Of a stretch of DNA of 64,000 nt, positions 57,068 through 64,000 are shown piece after piece (positions within the stretch are counted from its first letter, which is position 1; each line of letters opens with the position of its first letter). The position numbers and the translations under genes are program-made. Origin of the DNA: an uncultured Kiritimatiellota bacterium (lineage in GTDB: Bacteria; Verrucomicrobiota; Kiritimatiellia; RFP12; DVOR01). Location of the stretch: assembly GCA_944389565.1 (NCBI GenBank), contig CALXMV010000003.1:15416-79415 (forward strand), written 5' to 3'. The notes under the pieces were generated by a model. That model searched no databases and had not been told where the DNA came from. It saw nothing but the letters and a program-made list of their open reading frames with translations.

Positions 57068-58252
57068 TCAATCCCTCAAAGAAAGGTTCTCGCGGAGCCA
57101 AGAGAGGGATGAGGCGCGAGCGGCGGAGAGGGCGGGAAGATCGTAGGTGATTGGGGCGGCAAGGGATGCAAGGGCGGAGAGGAGGTCGGGGGCGATGAGG
57201 GGACCTGAAGTATAACGGGCGGCGAATTCCTCGATGCGAGCGAACATCCCTTGGCGAGCGGTTGTGTCGGGACGGAGGATACGGACGTTTTTACCAAAGA
57301 TGGAAGCAAACATCAACGCGTGGAAGGAGTCGGACACAATCCAGTCGGCTTGGGCGAAATCTTGGAGGAACTCGCGTGGGCCTGCATCATTTCGGACGCG
57401 AACGGAAGAGAACCCAGTACGCAGACGGAACCAGAGGTGCTTCATCAAAGGACGAGGAGCCAAGCGGACGGCGTAGGCACCGTCACGTAGGACGTGGATG
57501 TCGCAATCGTTCCGCTTGGCGAATGCTTCGAGCAAGGGCCAGACGCGTTTGAGATCGACGGAGAGGAAATAACAGACGAGACGTCTGCGCCTCGGGGGAG
57601 AAGGGGGTGTCCGTCCAAATGCGAGCATACGCCAAGCATCAGCGGGGACAAGTTGGGTGGGATCGAGCACATGGGTGGCTTTGGCGCCGACGGAGGCCGC
57701 GAGGGTTACCCCCTCGGCTTCGCGGACGGAAATCGCGGCGAATCGGCGCAGGCCCTCGCGGAAACGCACGACCCAGTCGAGTGGGATAGCGCGTATCCCG
57801 AAACTGGCAGCGTAAGCGATGGCATGTAACCCTTGCGGCGCACCTTCGAGGAGATAGACGCTGGGGTCACCCCAGTCGCCACAGTGCCATACTTGATCGC
57901 TCCCGATGACAAGACCGTCCAAGCCTAGGTCTTTCCCCGCCACGTCCGGCCATTCATGAAAGTGGTAAGGCGTGAGACGCATGGTCTCACGCACGAAGCG
58001 CATGGTGCGCCAATGGCGAACGGTTCGTGCCCATTGGCCGCACCCGAAGCACGCGTGGATCAGAAACGAGCCCCACGCTTTGAGGGACATTCGCGCAAAA
58101 GGCCCGCGTAGCGTGACGTTACGCGAATCAATCCAACGGTCAACCACAGAGACATCGTGCCCCAACATACGCAAGGCCTGTTGCCCAGCCCAAGCCTGTA
58201 ACACGCCTCCATAATTCAACTGGGAATGGGTGGTCAGTACACCAACTCTCAT
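57068..58252 (-). CDS. Polysaccharide pyruvyl transferase family protein
   Basis: NYGGVLQAWA, IGSDQVW, AYAASFG, ISVRE, VLDPT, VSDSFHALMFASIF. Confidence 0.88.
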   Translation of the reverse strand: MRVGVLTTHSQLNYGGVLQAWAGQQALRMLGHDVSVVDRWIDSRNVTLRGPFARMSLKAWGSFLIHACFGCGQWARTVRHWRTMRFVRETMRLTPYHFHEWPDVAGKDLGLDGLVIGSDQVWHCGDWGDPSVYLLEGAPQGLHAIAYAASFGIRAIPLDWVVRFREGLRRFAAISVREAEGVTLAASVGAKATHVLDPTQLVPADAWRMLAFGRTPPSPPRRRRLVCYFLSVDLKRVWPLLEAFAKRNDCDIHVLRDGAYAVRLAPRPLMKHLWFRLRTGFSSVRVRNDAGPREFLQDFAQADWIVSDSFHALMFASIFGKNVRILRPDTTARQGMFARIEEFAARYTSGPLIAPDLLSALASLAAPITYDLPALSAARASSLSWLRENLSLRD

Positions 58253-58320
58253 GCCGCGACCCTCCATTGTACGCACGGTGAAAACGTCAGAATGGCAATA
58301 CGCATCGCAAAAACCAAGTG

Positions 58321-58423
58321 CGGCGTTTAAACGTACGTCTAAACGCCCCACCCTTCGCGGACGGATTTGCTATACTTTACGCACTGTTTTCACCCGTGCG
58401 TTTAGACGTACGTTTAAACGCCG
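58321..58423 (+). promoter_or_regulatory. Putative invertible promoter cassette 3 (core TA), promoter currently facing right
   Basis: Perfect 26-bp inverted repeats 58321-58346 / 58398-58423 enclosing TGCTATACT at 58368-58376. Confidence 0.82.
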
Positions 58424-58435
58424 GGGAAAGGGAGG

Positions 58436-59998
58436 ATGATGACGGAGAATCGGCGGATATTCTGGAATGTGGTGGCGACTTACGGGCGGTCGTTGTTCAC
58501 GATGGGGTGCGGGCTTTTCACGAGCCGTTGGGTGTTGATGACATTGGGGGAGGTGGATTATGGGCTCTATGGGGTGGTGGGTGGGCTGACGGTGTGCATC
58601 GGCTTCCTGAACGGGTTGCTCTCGAACGCGGTGGGGCGGTTTTACGCATTCTCGGTGGGGCAGGCGCGGGTGGCGGGGACGCAGGGCGAAGGCTTGGAGG
58701 TGTGCCGGCAATGGTTCAACAGCGCGTTGGCGATCCATTGCGTGGTGCCATTGGCCTTGATGGCGGTGGGGTACCCCATCGGGGAGCACGCGGTGAGGGC
58801 GTGGCTGACAATCCCGCCGGAACGCGTGGAGGCATGCGTGTGGGTCTTCCGGATTGTGTGCGTGACAAGTCTGGTGGGGATGATGAGCGTGCCGTTCCGC
58901 GCGATGTACGAGGCAAAGCAATATATCGCGGAGTTGACGATTTACAGTTTCGTGACGGCGACGTTGAATGTGTGCGTGCTTTATTACATGGTGTCGCACC
59001 CGGGGGATTGGCTGACACGGTATGCGCTGTGGACGGCGGTGTTGGCCATCGCGCCGATGGTGATCATCGCGGTGAGGGCGGTGTTCATCTTCCCGGAATT
59101 GCGGTTTCGACCGGCGTATCTGTGGGATTGGCGACGGACACGGGCGCTCGTGTATTTCGCGGGCGCGGAGTTCTTCGGATGCCTGGGGGTGCTCTTGCGG
59201 GGACAGGGGGTGATGATCGTGGTGAACAAGTATTTCGGCCCGGCGACGAACGCGGCGATGACGGTGGCGACGTCGGTGAGCAACCACTGCAACACGCTGA
59301 ACGCGTGCCTGCAGGGGGCGTTTTTGCCGGCGATCACGAACGCGTGCGGCGCGCGCGATTATGGGCGGATGCTCGCGCTCACCTACCGCACGTGCACGAT
59401 CGGCTCGCTCTTGGTGCTGCTTTTCGCGTTGCCGTTGGCGTTGGAAATCGACGAGGTGCTGCGGTTATGGCTGAAGCATCCGCCGGAATATGCCGCAGGG
59501 CTGAGTCTCCTCATGTTGGCGACGCTGGTGGTCGATCGCTTGGGGCGCGGGAGTATGCTCGCGCTGAATGCGAACGGCAAGGTGATGGCGTACCAGTTGG
59601 TTTCGGGGACACTTTTGATCCTGACCTTCCCGGCAGCGTGGCTCTTCGTGGCGCTTGGGTTCGGGGTGTATTCAATCGGGTGGGCGTTCGTGATTTTCAT
59701 CGCGGCGCACATCCTGAGCGCGATCTGGTTCGCGCGGAAACTTGTGCGCTTCTCGTTTCGCCACTGGGTCAGGAGCACGGTGTTGCCGATCGCCATGCTG
59801 ACGGCGATTTGCGGCGCGGCGGGGACGTTGCCGAGACTGTGGATGGAGCCGTCTCTGTGGCGCGTGGCGATGACGACGCTGTGTTGCGAGGCGATTTTAT
59901 TGCCGCTGGCGTGGGGCTTGGTGCTCACTCCCGAGGAACGCGCGTTCGTGCGTGAGAAACTCCGCCAAGCATTGGGACGCTTGGCGAAAAAGGAATGA
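58436..59998 (+). CDS. Wzx/MATE-like oligosaccharide flippase
   Basis: NRRIFWN...TSRWVLMTLGEVDYGLYGVVGG; many TM segments; GGAGG RBS. Confidence 0.85.
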   Translation: MMTENRRIFWNVVATYGRSLFTMGCGLFTSRWVLMTLGEVDYGLYGVVGGLTVCIGFLNGLLSNAVGRFYAFSVGQARVAGTQGEGLEVCRQWFNSALAIHCVVPLALMAVGYPIGEHAVRAWLTIPPERVEACVWVFRIVCVTSLVGMMSVPFRAMYEAKQYIAELTIYSFVTATLNVCVLYYMVSHPGDWLTRYALWTAVLAIAPMVIIAVRAVFIFPELRFRPAYLWDWRRTRALVYFAGAEFFGCLGVLLRGQGVMIVVNKYFGPATNAAMTVATSVSNHCNTLNACLQGAFLPAITNACGARDYGRMLALTYRTCTIGSLLVLLFALPLALEIDEVLRLWLKHPPEYAAGLSLLMLATLVVDRLGRGSMLALNANGKVMAYQLVSGTLLILTFPAAWLFVALGFGVYSIGWAFVIFIAAHILSAIWFARKLVRFSFRHWVRSTVLPIAMLTAICGAAGTLPRLWMEPSLWRVAMTTLCCEAILLPLAWGLVLTPEERAFVREKLRQALGRLAKKE

Positions 59999-60001
59999 AT
60001 G

Positions 60002-61039
60002 TCAGCGGATGTTGGCGTGGGCGAGGCGGGCACGGAGCCAGCGCACCGAGACGTCGAGGGCGACTCGCTGGGATGCGGGGAGCTGGGGGAAGGAGAGGAA
60101 ACCATGGAGCGCGCCGGTGACGAGGAAACGGGCGTCCTCGGCGCGGCCAAGGGTGGCGAGACGTTCGTGGAGGAGGCGGGATTGGCCGGCGAGGAGGTCG
60201 CATTCGGCGGCGACGGTGAGGATGGGGGGGAGGGTGCGCAGGGAGGCATCGCCGGCCAGAAGGGGTGAGGCGATGGGGTTGGAGCGGGCGGTGGCGGCAT
60301 CCACGTAAACGCGGGCGAAGGCCTCGGTGAGGGAAGCGGTGAGGAGGATGACATCCTGGTAGGCACGGTATTCGGGGGTGCCGTCCGGATAAAGGGCGAG
60401 GACGGGGTAATAGAGGATGAGGCCGTCGGCGACGCCCGGGGCGACAAGGGCGGCGACAATCGCGAGGTTGCCGCCGGCGGAGTCGCCGGAGATGAAGAGG
60501 GGACGATCGGCGAAACGGGCACGGAGTGCCTTGACGTGGTCGCTCACCACGCGGGGGGCGACGGGGAAGGCATTCTCCGGGGCGAGGGGGTAGTCGAGCG
60601 ACCAGACCTCGACGGCGGCCTTCTCGGCGAGCGCGGCGCAGAAGGCCTCGTTCGTGCGGGGGCCGCCGACGGCCCATCCGCCGCCATGGAGGTAAACGAG
60701 CGTGGCCTTGGGTTTGCCAGCGGGGGCATAGACGGCCCAAGGTCCCTCCTCGCGGAGGGTGACCTTGCCTTTGTGCGCGGCGTTGAAGGCGGTGGCGTCG
60801 CCCTGCGGGCCGGCGACGGCCTCGCGCCAAGCGGTGAGGGCGGCGGTGTCGCCGGCGCGGGCGGCATGGAGCGCATCCACGTGCGCTTGGTCCGCGGCGC
60901 GGCGGGGTTCGTAATAGGCCACGAGGGCCGCGCTCTCGTCCGAGAAGGGCGCACGCTCAGCGGCGCATCCCGCGCCGAGCATCACCAGGATCGCCAAGGC
61001 GCCGATTGCGCCAAACCGTAACACGTTGCCTTTTGCCAT
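60002..61039 (-). CDS. Alpha/beta hydrolase (HSL-family esterase), probable lipoprotein
   Basis: LGAGC lipobox-like, YLHGGGW, LDYPLAPE, GDSAGGNL, AAECD, HGF. Confidence 0.87.
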   Translation of the reverse strand: MAKGNVLRFGAIGALAILVMLGAGCAAERAPFSDESAALVAYYEPRRAADQAHVDALHAARAGDTAALTAWREAVAGPQGDATAFNAAHKGKVTLREEGPWAVYAPAGKPKATLVYLHGGGWAVGGPRTNEAFCAALAEKAAVEVWSLDYPLAPENAFPVAPRVVSDHVKALRARFADRPLFISGDSAGGNLAIVAALVAPGVADGLILYYPVLALYPDGTPEYRAYQDVILLTASLTEAFARVYVDAATARSNPIASPLLAGDASLRTLPPILTVAAECDLLAGQSRLLHERLATLGRAEDARFLVTGALHGFLSFPQLPASQRVALDVSVRWLRARLAHANIR

Positions 61040-61162
61040 CGCCGAGACTCCTTGGAAACACGCAGACGGCATCTCGCGCCTGCGTGTCTTTATTTTACAT
61101 CATTTCGACCCGCCGGTGACGAATTATTTTCGCGCCGACGCGACCTCGCGGAAGGGGGTGGG

Positions 61163-62683
61163 TCACGAGTCGACGAAGAGCTCGGCGGTGGCGAAGAGGG
61201 GGTCGTTGGTGGCGCGGATGCCGAGGCGGCGGAGGCCGGCCTCGTCGCCGGGGGTGAGCATGTGGGAGAGGTGCATCTCGCAGTCGCGCAGGTCGGCGAG
61301 GCATTCGAGGGCGGCCTTGGCGGCGGGGTCGGTGGCGGCGCAGATGGCGAGGGAGACGAGGGTCTCGTCGAGGTTGAGGGAGCCGTATTTGCCTTTGAGG
61401 ATGCCCTGTTTCATGTGGGTGACGGAGGCGATGGTGGCGGGGGCGAGGAGGTGGCGGTCCTGTGGGATGCGGGCGAGGCGCTTGACGGCGTTGAGGACGG
61501 TGGCGGCGGCGGCGTGGAGGTGTGGGGAGTTCTTGCCTTGGACGATGGAGCCGTCGGGCAGTTCGAGTGCCGCGCCGCAGGCGACGCCTTCGAGGGTGTG
61601 GGTGAGGGAGGCGTCGTGGGCGGCTTGGCGGGCGGGGACGACGACGGGGCGGTCCTCGGGGGCGAGCCGGAGCTGGTGCATGAGGCGCTCGACGATCTCG
61701 ACGGGGTGTTTGTCGGCGGAGCCTTTGGCGACGGCGTCGGAGAGGTGGCGGAAGTAGCGGCGGATGACCTCCTGGCGGGCGGCGTCCTGGCAGGCGTCGT
61801 CGTCGACGATGCCGGCGGAGATGCGGTTGACGCCCATGTCGGTGGGGCTTTTGTAGGGGCATTGGCCGGAGGCGTCGAGGCGGGTCCAGATCTCGCGGAG
61901 GATGGGGAAGGCGTCGACGTCGCGGTTGTAATTGACGGCGATTTTGCCGTAGGCCTCGAGGTGGAAGGGGTCGATCATGTTGATGTCGCCGAGGTCGGCG
62001 GTGGCGGCCTCGTAGGCGAGATTGACCGGGTGCTTGAGGGGGAGGTCCCAGACGGGGAAGGTCTCAAACTTGGCGTAGCCGGCGGGGCGGCCGGCCATGC
62101 GGTCGTGGTAGAGCATGGTGAGACAGGTGGCGAGCTTGCCGGAGCCGGGGCCGGGGCCGGTGACGACGACGATGGGGCGGGTGGTCTCGACGTAGGCGTT
62201 GGCGCCGTAGCCCTGGGGGGAGACGACAAGGTCGAGGTTGGAGGGGTAGCCGGGGACGGCGCGATGGAGCGTGACGGTGATGCCGCGGGTCTCAAGTTTG
62301 TTGCGGAACAGGAGCGCGGCGGGCTGACCGTCGAAACGGGTGATGACCACGGCGCAGACGTGGATGCCCCAGGCGCGGAGGGAGTCGATGAGCTTGAGGG
62401 CGTCGTCGTCGTAGGAGATGCCGAAGTCCGCGCGCATTTTCTTGCGCTCGATGTCCTCGGCGTAGACGCAGAGGATGATCTCGGCCTTGTCGCCGAGGGA
62501 GCGGAGGAGGCGGAGTTTGGCGTTGGGGTCGTAACCGGGGAGGACGCGGGCGGCGTGATAGTCGAACATCAGTTTGCCGCCGAATTCGAGGTAGAGTTTG
62601 TTGCCGAAGGCTTCCGCGCGCTGCATGAGGCCCTCGGCCTGCTGGCGCAGGTAGGCCTCGTTGTCGAATCCGATTTTCCTCAT
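61163..62683 (-). CDS. DUF1846 (UPF0371) family protein
   Basis: KIGFDN, KLYLEFGGKL, GPGPGSGKLATCL, GYAKFETFPVW, YKSPTDMGVN. Confidence 0.9.
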   Translation of the reverse strand: MRKIGFDNEAYLRQQAEGLMQRAEAFGNKLYLEFGGKLMFDYHAARVLPGYDPNAKLRLLRSLGDKAEIILCVYAEDIERKKMRADFGISYDDDALKLIDSLRAWGIHVCAVVITRFDGQPAALLFRNKLETRGITVTLHRAVPGYPSNLDLVVSPQGYGANAYVETTRPIVVVTGPGPGSGKLATCLTMLYHDRMAGRPAGYAKFETFPVWDLPLKHPVNLAYEAATADLGDINMIDPFHLEAYGKIAVNYNRDVDAFPILREIWTRLDASGQCPYKSPTDMGVNRISAGIVDDDACQDAARQEVIRRYFRHLSDAVAKGSADKHPVEIVERLMHQLRLAPEDRPVVVPARQAAHDASLTHTLEGVACGAALELPDGSIVQGKNSPHLHAAAATVLNAVKRLARIPQDRHLLAPATIASVTHMKQGILKGKYGSLNLDETLVSLAICAATDPAAKAALECLADLRDCEMHLSHMLTPGDEAGLRRLGIRATNDPLFATAELFVDS

Positions 62684-62824
62684 GGGGTCACTCCGTGATG
62701 GCGACCCGACGGGGTCGCAACGGGATGCCATTTTAGCAAAAAGCGTGCCGCGCGGGAAAGGAAATCGCGCCGGCCGCGATCCTGTGGGCGGGTGAGAGGC
62801 GGTCGCGGCGGTGCCCCAAGGGAA

Positions 62825-63205
62825 TCAGCGGCGGAGGTGCTCGCGTTCCCAGGCGAGGCAGCGGCGGTCGTAATCGGCGATTTTGCCGTCGAGCTTGGCG
62901 AGGGTCTCTTGGAGGGTGTGCAGGCGTTCGGCGAGTCTGGTGCGTTCGCGGGCCAAAATCTCCTTGCGCTCGCGGAGCGTGGAGTCGCCCTTCCGGACAA
63001 GGCTGACGTAGCGGGAGAGTGCGCCGATGGGCAGCCCGGCGGCGCGCATGCATTGGGCGAAGCGGATCCAATCGAGGTCTTGCTCGGAGTAGTCGCGGAT
63101 GCCGCTGGGGGTGCGGCGGATGGGCGGCAGCAGCCCCTCGCGTTCGTAGTAGCGGAGCGTGTCGGCGGAGATGGCACACAGTTTGCAGACTTCGGCGATG
63201 GTCAT
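62825..63205 (-). CDS. MerR family transcriptional regulator (AdhR/NmlR-like)
   Basis: MTIAEV...DTLRYYEREGLLP...SGIRDYSE.DLDWI.FAQCMR. Confidence 0.9.
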   Translation of the reverse strand: MTIAEVCKLCAISADTLRYYEREGLLPPIRRTPSGIRDYSEQDLDWIRFAQCMRAAGLPIGALSRYVSLVRKGDSTLRERKEILARERTRLAERLHTLQETLAKLDGKIADYDRRCLAWEREHLRR

Positions 63206-63242
63206 GGCGGCGTTCCCTTGCGTTCATCATTGTTTCGGCCGC

Positions 63243-63273
63243 ACTATAACATCTGGCGTGCGCTCCAAGTCAA
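63243..63273 (-). promoter_or_regulatory. MerR-type promoter/operator
   Basis: TTGACT-19 bp-TATAGT with imperfect dyad TGGAGCGCACGCCA in the spacer. Confidence 0.75.
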
Positions 63274-63307
63274 GCCTTTTCGCGGGAAACTTTGGTAGAA
63301 TGGGCGC

Positions 63308-64000
63308 ATGAAGACCGAGACGAGGGGCCCAGTGCCCGAATTGCTTGCGCCGGCGGGTTCCTTCGAGGCCGCGCTGGCGGCCTTCGCCTACGGGGCGGAT
63401 GCCGTCTATCTGGGGTTGAGCCGCTTCTCCGCGCGGGCGGACGCGGCGAACTTCTCCGAGGAGGCGTTGCGGCAGGTCGTCGCCTACGCCCGGAACCAGG
63501 CGCGGCCGCGCAAGATCTACGTGACGCTCAACACGCTGCTCGAGAGCCACGAGTTGCCGGCGCTGCGCGACGATCTGGCGCTCTTGGAGGCGCTTGGGGC
63601 GGATGGGGCGATTGTGCAGGATCTGGGGCTCGCGGCGATGATCCGGCGCGACTTCCCACGTCTGCCGCTCCATGCCTCGACGCAGTTGGCGTGCACGTCG
63701 GCGGCGGGGGCGCGGGCGTTGCGGGAGCTGGGCTTCGTGCGCGTGGTGACGGCGCGGGAGCTGGGGCTGCGCGAGGCGGCGGAGATCGGGCGGGAGGCGG
63801 GGGTCGAGATCGAGGTCTTCGTGCACGGCGCGCTGTGCTACAGCCTGAGCGGGCTCTGCCTCTTCTCCTCGCTCACCACGGGGCGCAGCGGGAACCGCGG
63901 GCGGTGCGCCTATTGCTGCAGGCAACCCTTCCGCCCCGAGGGCGGGGAGCCCTGCCATCCCTTCTCCATGCGCGACCTGGCGTTGCTCGACGCCGCGGCG
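63308..64000 (+). CDS. U32 peptidase family protein (RlhA/TrhP-like), 3' truncated by window edge
   Basis: ELLAPAGS, GADAVYLG, FSARA, IVQDLG, LHASTQ, EVFVHGALCYSLSGLC, RSGNRGRCAYCCR; not in the ORF track because it runs off the end. Confidence 0.88.
   Translation, partial: MKTETRGPVPELLAPAGSFEAALAAFAYGADAVYLGLSRFSARADAANFSEEALRQVVAYARNQARPRKIYVTLNTLLESHELPALRDDLALLEALGADGAIVQDLGLAAMIRRDFPRLPLHASTQLACTSAAGARALRELGFVRVVTARELGLREAAEIGREAGVEIEVFVHGALCYSLSGLCLFSSLTTGRSGNRGRCAYCCRQPFRPEGGEPCHPFSMRDLALLDAAA

Noticed and set aside
52605-58351. Extended N-termini in the ORF track (53831, 53578, 56002, 58351) that translate as RLNVRLNA/FKRTFKR repeats
   Set aside because: These are translations of the DNA inverted repeats; family homology and RBS positions place the true starts outside the cassettes.
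53652-58423. Cassettes as intrinsic terminators or ordinary MITEs
   Set aside because: They lie between divergent gene starts, contain a promoter, and show no U-tail or target-site duplication. Their repeats match within but not between copies at the core, unlike transposon ends. The operator alternative is not fully excluded.

Overview
High-GC bacterial chromosomal window, plausibly from a gut-associated PVC/Kiritimatiellota-like organism (inference from gene content only). It holds housekeeping genes (leuS, corA, rpsU, tRNA-His, rph, rlmI-like, phosphohexomutase, trmL, cysE, metX-metW fusion, pdxB, hslO, folP, priA, scpA, trpS), secreted glycoside hydrolases (GH2, GH35 with an internal TAG, two GH31), the end of a restriction-modification pair, a decayed large-polyvalent-protein fragment beside tRNA-His, and a ~15 kb surface-glycan locus (44.7-60.0 kb). 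The most striking signal is in the glycan locus: three ~100-bp cassettes (53652-53752, 55936-56044, 58321-58423). Each has an extended -10 promoter between inverted 26-30 bp palindromic sites exactly 75 bp apart core to core, its own 2-bp core (GA/TC, AC/GT, TA), and a divergent gene on either side. This looks like a bank of three orthogonal either/or promoter invertons; no recombinase is encoded in the window. A dispersed 22-bp-period G-rich repeat family also occurs at four gene ends.
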